Part shown: positions 1 to 10,700 of the stretch, in pieces
How positions within the stretch are numbered: position 1 is the stretch's first letter
Layout: each line of letters begins with the position of its first letter
Assembly (NCBI GenBank): GCA_020029475.1
Contig: JAIBJG010000020.1
Location: forward strand, 18,114 to 42,113
Direction: 5' to 3'
Length of the DNA stretch: 24,000 bases
DNA from: Methanobacteriota archaeon
GTDB lineage: Archaea > Thermoplasmatota > Thermoplasmata > RBG-16-68-12
Made by a program: the position numbers and the translations under genes
The notes under the pieces: generated by a model
What the model saw: the letters and a program-made list of their open reading frames with translations, nothing else
What the model was told of the DNA's origin: nothing
Database searches by the model: none

Positions 1-534
1 GGATTCGCGCGCGGGGCGCCAGGGTCTGGACCTCCCCGAGGATCGCCCGGGTCGGCACGACGACGCCCTCGCAGTGGTTCAGGAACACGCGGAGGTACAG
101 CCGGAGGCCGCGCTCCAGAAGGTGCAGGTTCAGCCCGAGGGGGGAGTAGAACGGGATCGCCTCCTGGACGAGGGTGTGGAACGTCTGGACGATCGGGATC
201 TGGGAGGCCCAGGAGCACCACAGCCCCTTGATCCCCATGAAGCCGATCCCGTGGCTGTGGATCAGGTCCACGTCGAGGTCGTTCAGGGCCTCGATCTCGT
301 GGCCCGGGAAGATCGCCAGGCGGTACCCGGGGTACGGGCGGAACTCCTTCGCCTTCACGAAGATTGTGTCCCGCTCGACGTGGTGGCCGTTGCTCGGGTC
401 CTCCGGCGCGAACGTGAAGACCCGGTGGCCGTGGGCCTCGAGCTCCCGCCGGGTCGCGAGGACGCTGTTCACGACCCCGTCGACCGTGGGGAGGTAGGAG
501 TCCGTGAAGAGCGCGATGCGAAGGGACGTCGGGA

Positions 535-538
<4 letters not shown>
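1..538 (-). CDS. Glycosyltransferase, GT-B/GT4-like, N-terminal part (runs off the window edge)
   Basis: Not in the ORF track because it is truncated at the edge. My reverse-strand translation from GTG 538 reads VIPTSLRIALFTDSYLPTVDGVVNSVLATRRELEAHGHRVFTFAP...DLIHSHG. This is the typical N-terminus of group-1 glycosyltransferases. The GTG overlaps the thiDN stop as GTGA. Confidence 0.7.
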
Positions 539-1833
<1,295 letters not shown>

Positions 1834-1856
1834 CGAGGCCGCAATCGGAGGGGGCG

Positions 1857-1864
1857 CTTAAAGA
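1857..1864 (-). promoter_or_regulatory. TATA-like box (TCTTTAAG on the minus strand) about 27 nt upstream of the thiDN ATG
   Basis: AT-rich octamer in otherwise GC-rich intergenic DNA. The spacing fits an archaeal TATA box with a leaderless or short-leader transcript. Confidence 0.35.
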
Positions 1865-1885
1865 TTCGGCGCGGGGGCGGCGAAC

Positions 1886-1893
1886 GTTTATGT
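1886..1893 (+). promoter_or_regulatory. TATA-like box (GTTTATGT) about 29 nt upstream of ATG 1919
   Basis: Position relative to ATG 1919. It overlaps the GTG 1892 start used by the ORF track, which argues against that longer start. Confidence 0.35.
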
Positions 1894-1918
1894 GTCCTCC
1901 CCTCATCGCCGCTTCCCC

Positions 1919-2296
1919 ATGCGGGCCCACAGCGGACACTTCAGGTTCGACCGGTCCGTGACGTGGAAGAAGCTGCTGCCCGCATTCCGGCCCCTGTTCA
2001 CGAAGCTCCTCGAGGAGAGCGGCCAGATGCCCCAGGACCCGGAGATCCTCGCGGTGCTGATCGAGGAGAACCTCCGGGACCTCCGGGAGAACCGGAAGCC
2101 CGAGGGGTACAACCGGGAGGGGACGATGCGGATGATCTTCCCGATCTCCAAGAACGTCGAGTTCTACGTGTACAGCCGGACGAAAACAACGGAGGTGGGG
2201 CGGGTCGTCGAGGCCCTGAGCCGGATCCTCCAGAAGTACCGCCTGAAGCACACCGTGGAGTGGGACAAGCTCCTCGCGTTCCAGGACAAGAAGTGA
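1919..2296 (+). CDS. Hypothetical protein (~125 aa)
   Basis: ORF track 1892..2296. Third codon positions are G/C-biased and the composition is non-repetitive and K/E/L-rich (LLEESGQMPQDPEILAVLIEENLRDLRENRK). I prefer ATG 1919 because of the upstream TATA-like box. No family recognised. Confidence 0.6.
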   Translation: MRAHSGHFRFDRSVTWKKLLPAFRPLFTKLLEESGQMPQDPEILAVLIEENLRDLRENRKPEGYNREGTMRMIFPISKNVEFYVYSRTKTTEVGRVVEALSRILQKYRLKHTVEWDKLLAFQDKK

Positions 2297-2299
2297 GGG

Positions 2300-2851
2300 T
2301 CACAGCGGGACCTCCTCGACGGTCGAGTACACGGGCCCCTGCGGGGTCAGGACGCTCTTCTTCAGCCGGACCCGGTCCACGAGAACCTCACCGAACGGGT
2401 CCCGTGCGTGGGCCCCCAACACCCGCCGCAGGTCGTCGAGCCCCCGCGGGCCCTTCACCCGCGCGACCGTGACGTGCGCGGAGAAGTCCCGCCCCTCCCT
2501 CGGATAGCCGAGGGGTTCCATTCCCGCCTCGAGACGCCGGGCGATTTCGACGAGGGGCTCCGCGCCCTCCATGCCGACCCACACGACGTTCATCCGGCGC
2601 AGGTTCGGGAAGGCGCCCGTCCCCACGAGGCGGACCGCGAAGGGGCGGTTCCCCGCCACGGTCGCCCGCATCGCCTCGACGATCCTCGGGACCAGGGCCT
2701 CCTCCGTGTCCCCCAGGAACTTCAGGGTTAGATGGACCTGGCCCAAGTCGACGATCTTCAGGGCGGCCCCCGTCCGTCGGAGCTCCTCCCCGAGCGCCCT
2801 TAGCGCATCGAGTTCCGGGAGGTCAACGGAGATGAACGCGCGGAACGCCAT
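2300..2851 (-). CDS. thpR: RNA 2',3'-cyclic phosphodiesterase / 2'-5' RNA ligase family (2H phosphoesterase)
   Basis: 183 aa with the two diagnostic H-x-T-x motifs: QVHLTLKFLG and SAHVTVARV. Confidence 0.85.
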   Translation of the reverse strand: MAFRAFISVDLPELDALRALGEELRRTGAALKIVDLGQVHLTLKFLGDTEEALVPRIVEAMRATVAGNRPFAVRLVGTGAFPNLRRMNVVWVGMEGAEPLVEIARRLEAGMEPLGYPREGRDFSAHVTVARVKGPRGLDDLRRVLGAHARDPFGEVLVDRVRLKKSVLTPQGPVYSTVEEVPL

Positions 2852-2855
2852 CCCC

Positions 2856-3230
2856 TCACGGCCCTTCGGACTTCCGGAACGTGCGGGTCTCCGGGTCGAT
2901 CCGGCCCCGCGCGTGCCCCTCCTTGATGCTCAGGGCCATCAGCTGCTCCGCCTCGTCCACGGGCCGGCCGAGCCGTTCCGCGATCGTCTCCACCGACACC
3001 TCCCCATACCCCTCGAGGAGGGCGCCGACCTGCGCGAGGCCGCGGTCCCTCCGGTGCGCGGACCAGAACAACCACGCGAACGCCAAGGCGGGGAACAGCG
3101 CGATCCCCGCGCAGAGGCCCGCCGCGGGCGCGAGGGCCGCGGTTGTCCCCCCCGCGGCGACGGCGAACAGGGCGATCACGGAGAGCACGGCAACGGTGAG
3201 GAGCCCACCGAGTCCGAGGATGAAGTACAC
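2856..3230 (-). CDS. Small membrane protein with a cytoplasmic winged-helix-like C-terminal domain
   Basis: 124 aa. Two hydrophobic segments are present (ILGLGGLLTVAVLSVIALFAVAA and LCAGIALFPALAFAWLFW). They are followed by VSVETIAERLGRPVDEAEQLMALSIKEGHARGRIDPETRTF, a WH/PCI-like pattern. The gene lies between pyrH and thpR on the same strand. Confidence 0.65.
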   Translation of the reverse strand: MYFILGLGGLLTVAVLSVIALFAVAAGGTTAALAPAAGLCAGIALFPALAFAWLFWSAHRRDRGLAQVGALLEGYGEVSVETIAERLGRPVDEAEQLMALSIKEGHARGRIDPETRTFRKSEGP

Positions 3231-3255
3231 GTGCTTCGGCTTCGGCGGGATCGGA

Positions 3256-3939
3256 TCACCCCGAGACCGTCGTCCCGTGGAACGCGTCTCCGCAGATGGC
3301 GGCCCGCAGGGCGGTGAGGTCCCGCCCGTCCACGACGAGGAGGGGGAACCCCGCCTTCGCGGCGACCCTCGCCGCGACGGGGTCGAAGACGATTCTCGGG
3401 CCCGCGCGGGTGTGCCCCTCCCCCGTGAGCTCGATCAGCTTCGCGTACGTGAGCCGGTCGAACCGCCGCGCGAACGGGTTCTCCTTCGGGTCCTCCGCGT
3501 ACACGCCATCCACGCTCGTCGCGTTCACGAGCCGGTCCGCCTTGACGACGCGGGCGAGGCTCGCGGCGACCCGGTCCGTCGTCCATCCCGGGGACGTCCC
3601 GCCCATCAGGACGATGGGATGGCGGCGCGCGAGGCGGGCGGCCTCCGTGTACGTCTTCGCGGGCTCCTGGTTCGCGTGGGCTCCGAGGGGGATCGCGAGG
3701 AGCCGGGCGTTCATCCGCGTGATCTCGATCCCGAGCTCGTCGAGGCGGCGCTCCTTCGCCCCGAGGGCCCGCCCGGTCTCGATGTAGAACCGCGCGATCC
3801 GCCCGCCACCCGTGACCGCGAAGACCTTGTGGCTCGTCGTGAGCTCGACGAGGAGTTCCGCGAGCTTCGCGAGGTACGACGGGTCTCCATCCCCGGGCAC
3901 GAGGATGGACCCGCCCAGGGAGATCACGACCCGTTCCAT
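3256..3939 (-). CDS. pyrH: Uridylate (UMP) kinase, archaeal type
   Basis: Within ORF 3256..4230. The true start is most likely ATG 3939 (MERVVISLGGSIL...VFAVTGGGRIARFYI...MGGTSPGWTTDRVAASLA...ATSVDGVY), an amino-acid-kinase fold with UMP kinase motifs. The upstream 97 codons of the ORF are P/S/R-rich and overlap a plus-strand gene. Confidence 0.9.
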   Translation of the reverse strand: MERVVISLGGSILVPGDGDPSYLAKLAELLVELTTSHKVFAVTGGGRIARFYIETGRALGAKERRLDELGIEITRMNARLLAIPLGAHANQEPAKTYTEAARLARRHPIVLMGGTSPGWTTDRVAASLARVVKADRLVNATSVDGVYAEDPKENPFARRFDRLTYAKLIELTGEGHTRAGPRIVFDPVAARVAAKAGFPLLVVDGRDLTALRAAICGDAFHGTTVSG

Positions 3940-4013
3940 GGGGACCGCGAGCGAATCCCCGCCCGCCGGAAATACCTTCCCCCGCTCCGACGCCGGAGGC
4001 CGGGAGAAAGGCT

Positions 4014-4020
4014 CTTTATC
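4014..4020 (+). promoter_or_regulatory. TATA-like box (CTTTATC) 26 nt upstream of ATG 4043
   Basis: AT-rich heptamer in the pyrH/zinc-ribbon divergent intergenic region. The spacing implies a leaderless mRNA. Confidence 0.4.
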
Positions 4021-4042
4021 CGTGGGACCCCTCGTTCCGTCG

Positions 4043-4252
4043 ATGGTGGAGAACCCCTGCCCGTCGTGCGGGAAGCCGATGGAGCAGGGCTTCGTGATCG
4101 CGGAGAACTTCGTGGAGGGGGCGCGGTGGACGAAGCAGAAGACCCGCCTCGGCGCGGGCGGCGAGAAGATCGTCGAGGCGGACGCGTTCGGGAACCAGTA
4201 CATCCCGGGGTACCGCTGCCCGTCGTGCAAGCTCCTCCTGCTGTTCTACTAG
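4043..4252 (+). CDS. Small zinc-ribbon protein (69 aa)
   Basis: C-terminal part of ORF 3812..4252. It reads MVENPCPSCGKPMEQGFV...GYRCPSCKLLLLFY, with CxxC...CxxC pairs at the two ends. The longer ORF would overlap pyrH antisense. Confidence 0.6.
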   Translation: MVENPCPSCGKPMEQGFVIAENFVEGARWTKQKTRLGAGGEKIVEADAFGNQYIPGYRCPSCKLLLLFY

Positions 4253-4310
4253 GCCGACGCCCCGGAGTACTTTCAGCCATCTCCCCATGGAAAGACCAAG
4301 CACCCGGACG

Positions 4311-4334
4311 CGTTTCGACAATTTAGTCGAAACG
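4311..4334. promoter_or_regulatory. Perfect palindrome CGTTTCGAC-AATTTA-GTCGAAACG (copy 1), candidate operator overlapping a TATA-like spacer
   Basis: Read directly: 9-bp arms with a 6-bp AT spacer. Its centre is about 25 nt upstream of ATG 4347. Confidence 0.7.
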
Positions 4335-4346
4335 GCGGCGAGGTCC

Positions 4347-4658
4347 ATGATGCGAAGATCGATGATGCGAAGGGTGAGGAGGGGGAAGCGGCGAGCGCGC
4401 GAGTCCGGTCACATCGTAACATGGGACGTGAACAGTGCGGACTCCGCCGCGGTGAACCGACTCCGGCGCTTCGTGTTCGGGGACGTCTCCCGATCACGGG
4501 GCCGGACGTACCGGTATCCGGGGTTCGTCGAGCGCGACGGAGTCCGCTACCTGGGGCAGTCCGTCCTGTTCGTCCGCCCCTCGTTGTTGGCCGAGATCCA
4601 GACGTTCCTCTCCTGCATCGCGATCGATCACGAGGTCACCCCCGCGAGCGTCGGGTAA
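4347..4658 (+). CDS. Small basic hypothetical protein with a ferredoxin-like (Cas2 / PaaX-domain-like) pattern
   Basis: ORF track 4287..4658. I prefer ATG 4347 because the palindrome/TATA-like element lies inside the longer version. The N-terminus is Arg-rich (MMRRSMMRRVRRGKRRARE). The core has a beta-alpha-beta-beta-alpha-beta-looking pattern (HIVTWDV / VNRLRRFVFG / YLGQSVLFVRPS / LAEIQTFLSCI). Function unknown. Confidence 0.55.
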   Translation: MMRRSMMRRVRRGKRRARESGHIVTWDVNSADSAAVNRLRRFVFGDVSRSRGRTYRYPGFVERDGVRYLGQSVLFVRPSLLAEIQTFLSCIAIDHEVTPASVG

Positions 4659-4681
4659 CGTTTCGACAATCTAGTCGAAAC
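4659..4681. promoter_or_regulatory. Palindrome CGTTTCGAC-AATCTA-GTCGAAAC (copy 2), near-identical to copy 1
   Basis: Read directly. It starts at the base after the TAA stop of the small ORF (4656-4658), and its centre is about 87 nt upstream of the aRF1 ATG. Confidence 0.7.
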
Positions 4682-4756
4682 ACCCGCGGGTCGACTCGGC
4701 CCCGGACTCCGTGCTGAGAAAGCCTCATAACGACTCGGTCCTTTGCTTCGCACATC

Positions 4757-6001
4757 ATGGCGGAAGCACAGGCCCCCGCGAAGCTCTCCCCGATGGAGAA
4801 GTACCGCTTCAAGCGGGCGCTCGAGGAGGTCGAGAAGATCCAGGGGCGGGGCACGGAGCTCGTCTCCGTGTTCATCCCGCCGGACCGGCCGATCTTCGAG
4901 GTCACGAACTACCTGCGGGGCGAGTACTCGCAGAGCTCGAACATCAAGAGCGCGAGCACCCGGAAGCACGTGATGCAGGCAATCGAGTCCATCATCAACC
5001 GGTTGAAGGAGTACAAGATGCCCCCGCCAAACGGCCTCGTCTGCTTCGTGGGCCACATGGACGTCGGGGCGGACCAGACGAAGATGGTCGCGTACGTCCT
5101 CCAGCCGCCGGAGCCCGTCCCGTCGTTCCTGTACCGCTGCGACTCCCGGTTCTACACGGAGCCCCTCCACGAGATGCTCGCGGAGAAGGATGTCTACGGC
5201 CTCCTCGTGATCGACCAGGGGGAGGCGACGATCGGCCTCCTGGAGGGGAAGCGGATCACCCCCCTGAAGAACGTCCAGTCCCAGGTCCCCCGGAAGCACC
5301 GGATGGGGGGGCAGTCCGCCCGCCGCTTCGAGCGTCTCCACGAGCAGGCGGTCCACGAGTTCTTCAAGAAGATCGGGGACCTCGCGACGGAGGCGTTCCT
5401 GAACCGCCGGGAGCTGAAGGGGCTGATCATCGGCGGGCCCGGGTTCACGAAGGACACGTTCGTCAAGGAGGGGCACCTCCACCACGAGCTCGCGAAGACG
5501 GTCCTCGGGACGTTCGACACGGGGTACACGGACGAGTCGGGGCTGCGGGAGCTCGTCGCGAACGCGGCGGAGGTCCTCCGGGACCTCGACCTGATGCGGG
5601 AGAAGAACCTCGTCCAGCACCTGATGGACGAGATCCGGAAGGCGGAGGGCGGCCTCGCGGCCTACGGGGAGGAGCAGGTCCGCCGGGCCCTCGAGCTCGG
5701 GGCCGTCGACACCCTCCTGATCTCCGAGGGCCTCCGGAAGCTCCGCCTCGACCTCCGGTGCCCGAACTGCGGGCACACGGAGACCCGCACGGTCGCGGAC
5801 GAGTCGACGTTGCCGAAGTGCCCGGACTGCGGAAAGGACTTCGAGATCGCGTCCCGCACGGACATCGTGGACGTGTTCACGTCCCTCGCGGACCGGACGA
5901 ACGCGAAGGTCGAGCTGATCTCCGCGGACTCCGACGAGGGGGAGCTCCTGATAAAGGCCTTCGGTGGGATCGCCGCGATCCTCCGATACCGGGTGGCGTG
6001 A
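4757..6001 (+). CDS. prf1: Peptide chain release factor aRF1
   Basis: 414 aa with the NIKS motif (SSNIKSASTRK) and the GGQ motif (HRMGGQSARRF). The C-terminal domain carries a CxxC...CxxC insert (CPNCGHTE...CPDCGKDF). Confidence 0.95.
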   Translation: MAEAQAPAKLSPMEKYRFKRALEEVEKIQGRGTELVSVFIPPDRPIFEVTNYLRGEYSQSSNIKSASTRKHVMQAIESIINRLKEYKMPPPNGLVCFVGHMDVGADQTKMVAYVLQPPEPVPSFLYRCDSRFYTEPLHEMLAEKDVYGLLVIDQGEATIGLLEGKRITPLKNVQSQVPRKHRMGGQSARRFERLHEQAVHEFFKKIGDLATEAFLNRRELKGLIIGGPGFTKDTFVKEGHLHHELAKTVLGTFDTGYTDESGLRELVANAAEVLRDLDLMREKNLVQHLMDEIRKAEGGLAAYGEEQVRRALELGAVDTLLISEGLRKLRLDLRCPNCGHTETRTVADESTLPKCPDCGKDFEIASRTDIVDVFTSLADRTNAKVELISADSDEGELLIKAFGGIAAILRYRVA

Positions 6002-6002
6002 C

Positions 6003-7724
6003 GTGGCGCGCGACCCGTGGGCCGCGGTCCTCGCGGAGGCGGAGTCCCTCCGGACCCGCGCCGTCCTCTCCCTCAGCATCCCCCCGATCCCCGTCCCCTT
6101 CGAGGAGCCGGACGAAACCCTCGGGGACCTCGCGTTCGCGTGCTTCGTGTACGCGAAGCGGATGCAGCAGGCGCCGGACGTGATCGCCTCCCGGCTCGCG
6201 CCCCTAATCCCGCGGGGAAAGTTCATCGCCTCCGCGACCGCGACGGGCGGGTACGTGAACCTCCGCGTCGACCCCGCGGCGCTCGCATCGGAGACCCTCG
6301 GGGCGCTCCGGACCGCGGGGGAGGCGTACGGGGCGGGGGAACCCGGAAAGGAGCGGGTCCTCCTCGAGCACACGAGCGTGAACCCGACGGGGCCGATCCA
6401 CGTGGGCCGCGCGCGGAACCCGGTCATCGGGGACAGTCTCGCCCGGATCCTGCGCAAGGCGGGGTTCCCCCTCACGACCGAGTACCTCGTGAACGACGTC
6501 GGGAGGCAGATGGTCCTCCTGTACTGGGGCGTCACCCACCTGAAGCCGTCCGACGTGGCCCCCCCGCAATCCGCGAAGGAGGACCACGCGCTGCTCCCGT
6601 ACTACGTGAAGGCGAACGAGCTCGCGGAGAATGACCCGAACGTGAACCAGGAGGTGGAGGCCCTGATCCGTGCGTTCGAGGGCGGGGACGCGGACCTCAC
6701 GAAGGCGATCAGCTCCGTGTCCCGCCAGATCCTCTCCGGGATCCTGCAGACCCTGGACCGGATCGGGGTCGCGTTCGACCGCTTCTTCTGGGAGAGCGAC
6801 CTGATCCTCCAGGGGAAGATCGGCCCCGTGATCGAGCGCCTGAAGGCGCTCCCGGTGGTCCAGCAGGAGGACGGAGCGTACTACATCGACATGGCTCCCT
6901 TCGGCGTGAAGGGCCGGGAGACGAAGTGGTTCCTCACGAAGCGGGACGGCACGAGCCTGTACCCGACCCGGGACATCGCGTACCACATCGACAAGTTCAC
7001 GCGGTGCGACCTCGCAATCACCGTGCTCGGGGAGAACCACCGCCTCGAGTACGAGCAGCTGTGCACCGCGCTGAAGCTCCTCGGGGAGCGGCTGGCGGAA
7101 GCGGTGTTCTACTCGTACGTCGTCCTGCCGGAGGGGAAGATGCAGACCCGCCGCGGGCGGATCGTCGCGATGGACGACCTGATCGAGGAGGCCGTCGCCC
7201 GGGCCCAGGAGGAGGTGCGGAAGCGCCGCCCGGAGCTCCCGGAGTCCCAGATGCGGGAGATCGCCGAAGCCGTCGGGATCGCCGCCCTCCGGTACAACAT
7301 CGTCCGCGTGCAGGCGGAGAAGAAGATCACGTTCCGGTGGGAGGAGGCGCTGAACTTCGAGGGGAACTCGGCCCCGTTCCTCCAGTACGCTCATGCCCGC
7401 ACGCGCGGGATCCTGGGAAAGGGAGGACCCTTTGAGCCCGGGGACCCCGCGCTCCTCACGCATCCGGAGGAGGCCCGCCTCATGAAGCTCCTAGCGAGGT
7501 TTCCCCACGTGATCGGGAAGGCCGCGGAGAGTCGCCGGCCCCACGAGGTCGCCACGTTCGCGTACGACGTCGCCGCCCAGTTCAACCTGTTCTACCGGGA
7601 CTGCCCTGTGCTCACGGCGGACCCTCCGCTCCGGGCGGCCCGCCTCGGGCTCGTGGACGGCACGCGAATCGTCCTCCAGGGGGCGCTGGACTGCCTCGGG
7701 CTCCCCGCGCCCCACGAGATGTAA
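6003..7724 (+). CDS. argS: Arginine--tRNA ligase
   Basis: ORF track 5964..7724. Class I signature HTSVNPTGPIHVGRARN, a KMSK-equivalent GKMQTRRG, and an anticodon-binding C-terminus. GTG 6003 lies directly after the aRF1 stop (5999-6001) and avoids a 38-nt overlap. Start 5964 remains possible. Confidence 0.92.
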   Translation: MARDPWAAVLAEAESLRTRAVLSLSIPPIPVPFEEPDETLGDLAFACFVYAKRMQQAPDVIASRLAPLIPRGKFIASATATGGYVNLRVDPAALASETLGALRTAGEAYGAGEPGKERVLLEHTSVNPTGPIHVGRARNPVIGDSLARILRKAGFPLTTEYLVNDVGRQMVLLYWGVTHLKPSDVAPPQSAKEDHALLPYYVKANELAENDPNVNQEVEALIRAFEGGDADLTKAISSVSRQILSGILQTLDRIGVAFDRFFWESDLILQGKIGPVIERLKALPVVQQEDGAYYIDMAPFGVKGRETKWFLTKRDGTSLYPTRDIAYHIDKFTRCDLAITVLGENHRLEYEQLCTALKLLGERLAEAVFYSYVVLPEGKMQTRRGRIVAMDDLIEEAVARAQEEVRKRRPELPESQMREIAEAVGIAALRYNIVRVQAEKKITFRWEEALNFEGNSAPFLQYAHARTRGILGKGGPFEPGDPALLTHPEEARLMKLLARFPHVIGKAAESRRPHEVATFAYDVAAQFNLFYRDCPVLTADPPLRAARLGLVDGTRIVLQGALDCLGLPAPHEM

Positions 7725-7740
7725 GCGCGAGTCGTCGGGC

Positions 7741-10700
7741 TCAGAGCCGTTTCTTGCCCTTGTTGTCCTCTTCGGGCTCGGCCGCCTCGTCCTTGTCCTC
7801 GAGCTTCTTCTTCTCTTTCTTCTCTTTCTTCTCCTTGCGGCGGAAGACGAGCTCTCCCGAGCGGTACCGGCTGTATGTCCGCGCGGCGAAGGCGACCCCG
7901 ATCACGAGGGCGATGAACAGGATGATCGCGAGGGGGATCACCCAGCCCGCGAGCTTCACGAACACGCTCCCCGTGATCCGGTTCTGGCTGTCCACCCACG
8001 TGTACGGCTCCTTGCCGTCGTAGACCTTGATCTCCAGGGACTTGTTCCCCTGTGCCGGGAAGCTGATCAGGAAGATGAGCCGGACCCTCGCACCCGTGTT
8101 CACGCGCCGGTCGGTGATGGGGTTCCAATTCACGTCCAGCCATTGGGGGCTCGTGTTATTGAGAACGTTGACACCGTTCGGGTCTTTCGCTTCGAGGACC
8201 ACATGGACATCCGTCGCGTTCGCTCGGTTCGCGCCGTTCTCGATCATGAACGACACGTTGATCAGCTGGCCCTCCTCGGGCTGGCCGGGCTCGATCTTCA
8301 GGGAGGCGGCGATGTACTTCAGGTCCGGGTGCTTCGCGAGATCCACCGCCACTGCGATCCCCGACGTCAGGTTCGCGTAGTTCGGCGGGCGCCCGAGGAA
8401 GCCCGTGTCCGTCACGTTCACGGTGACGTTGTAGGAGACGTTGAACTCCCGCCACCAGACGGTGACGTTCCAACCCCATGTGGACGTAATCGCATTGTAG
8501 CCCTTCTGGCTGGAGATGTTCCCTTTCGAGTCGCAGGCGGGCGTGCAGTTCACGGGACCCGGGAAGTGCCATGTGTAGGAGAGGTTCCGGTTCGAGTCGT
8601 AGTTGTCCGAGGATGAGGAGGCGTTGAACGAGTAGTTCTTCCCCTCGACGAGGCTCGTCGTGACGATCCAGTCCCTCGAGGGGTCCAGGATCACGAAGTT
8701 CGGCGTGGGCTTCGTCTGGTAGCTGGGGATGCTGGCCGTGTGGTTGTTCAGCCAGGGGGGAGCCGTTGACCACGCCACGTCGCTGGAGCTGTCCCCATAG
8801 AACTTGATGGGACTGTCCTCGTCGACCTGGAGGTTCTTTCCCGTCCAGTCTCCGACAGTCCGGTTTGTCCTGAGCCTCGCGACGGGCGGCGTGTCGTCCA
8901 CGAAGATCTTGATGTCCCGATACGTCCGGTTCCCGCCCGCCTCGACGACGGTCAGGTTCACGGTGAACTCGTGGCCCTCCGCGGCGAGAATCGCGGCCGT
9001 GTAGTTGAACGTCGACGTGATGTTGTATCCGATCCGGGCCCGGTTCGTGTTGTTCGTAAAGTGCCAGGTGAAATTCGCGTCCCGAATGTTTCCGACGGGG
9101 TCGATCGACTGCTCGGCGGAGAACGTGATGTTCGTGTCCTCCGCGACGATCGCCGTGTAGTTCTTGTCGGTGTCGCTGAGCACGTGGAACTTCCCGATGG
9201 GGCCCGCCACGGCGGCCCGGGCGGTCCCGTTAATGGACTTCCGCACCGTCATCTCGATCTCCGACGTGGCCCCACTCGCCGAAAGGCCGGGATCCAGTGT
9301 GACGACGGTCCACAACGACGTCGTGATCGTCCCCGTGACCTTCTTGTCCGTCATCTCGTAGCCGCGGGGGAAGTCCACGACGATGACCTGGTCCTGGTAC
9401 ACGCTCTCGTTCACGTCGTTCGGCGTGGTCACGTTCACGAAGTACGTGGGCGCGGAATTCGCGAGCGGGGTCGTCGCACGCAGTCTGTAGGAAGCGGATC
9501 TGTTGATCCAGATCGCCCGGCCGCCCTCTGCGAAGTAGTTGACAGACCACGTGGGCGGCGGGACGCTCCAGTTGTGGATCGCGCCGTTCGTGGTCAGGAA
9601 GTCGTTTGTCGTCACATAGTACGGACTCCGGGTGCCCAGCCATGCTACGAAGGAGGCGTTTTCGCCAGCGTCCCGGACCCCGTTCGCGGTGCCATTGGGC
9701 AAGCCGAAGTGGTAGTCGATCTGGAGGTCCAGGCTGCGGATCTCCGCGAGCTTGAGCGCGGGAAGGGTGCTGTCCGAGCGGAGGGTCAGGTTTCGGCTCA
9801 CCGCCATCCTGCTCCAGTTCGTTTCGGCGTAACTGACCGTGGATCGGTACACCTCCTTCTCCGACACCGCGAGGAAGGAGTCGACCGGATTCCCCGCGTA
9901 CGGCGGGTTCAGCGGCGTCGTGATCGTCCGCGTCGCCGCCTTGTAGCCGTTGGCGTCGACGACCATCCGATACGTCTGGCCGGGCTCCGCATAGAAGGTA
10001 TACAGGCTGGCGACGACCTGCGCCTCGATCACCTTCCTGAACGCCGGCCAGGTCCTGTCCACGTTGTACAGGAACCCCACAACCCCCTGGTCGATCCGAC
10101 GGAAGTTGTCCGATCGGAAGGCGTGCCCGACGATGATGATGCCCCGCGTCAAGACAACGCGGGTGAAGTTCGTCGTGGCCGTGTCCACCAGCAACGTGAC
10201 CGGGTGGTATTCGTCCTTCGACACCTGGACCTCCAGCACGCCCCGCCAGATGGGGAAGGTCGCGAATCCCGTACCGTTCGTCGCGGAGGTCGAGACGACC
10301 TGGTTCTGCCCCTGATCGAGGAGGTTCACCGTCGCATCCGCGAGGGCCCCTGCGCTCCGGTAGGTCACGGTGAGTGTGTTGGTCCCGAAGAGGAAGTCGT
10401 TAAGGATCCGGACGCCGCCCGTGCTTTCGTCGAGCGTCCAGTTCTGCCCGGAGACCCCCCACAGCACACCGTCCTTGAACACGATCGCGCTCCCGGGGAT
10501 TACGGGATAGGAACTGAGGCGGGAGGTCGTGGACGCGTACCAATACGTCACGTTCAGGAACTGATGGGTCGAAGCGAGGCTCGCGGCGACCGTGGGGTTG
10601 AGGATCTGAAGGGTTCCATCGAAGAAATTGGACCACGTGTAGTCGACCGACGGGTTCAGGAACGTCCCCCGGTAGCGGACCTCGTAGTCCGTGGTCCACA

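Noticed and set aside
3940-4230. N-terminal 97-codon extension of the pyrH ORF, and the first 77 codons of ORF 3812..4252
   Set aside because: UMP kinase homology begins at MERVVISLGG (ATG 3939), and the zinc-ribbon protein begins at MVENPCPSCG (ATG 4043). The extensions overlap each other antisense and run through the divergent promoter region.
4628-7463. Minus-strand ORFs 4628..6535 (635 aa) and 6204..7463 (419 aa), and plus-strand alternates 4711..6183 and 6017..6634
   Set aside because: They are antisense or off-frame to aRF1 and argS, which carry unambiguous motifs. The alternates are Arg/Pro/Gly-rich and show no motifs.
7805-7837. 9-bp tandem repeat, considered as a satellite or CRISPR-like repeat
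   Set aside because: There are only about three units, they are in-frame, and they encode the KEKK tail of the surface protein. No spacers or array structure are present.
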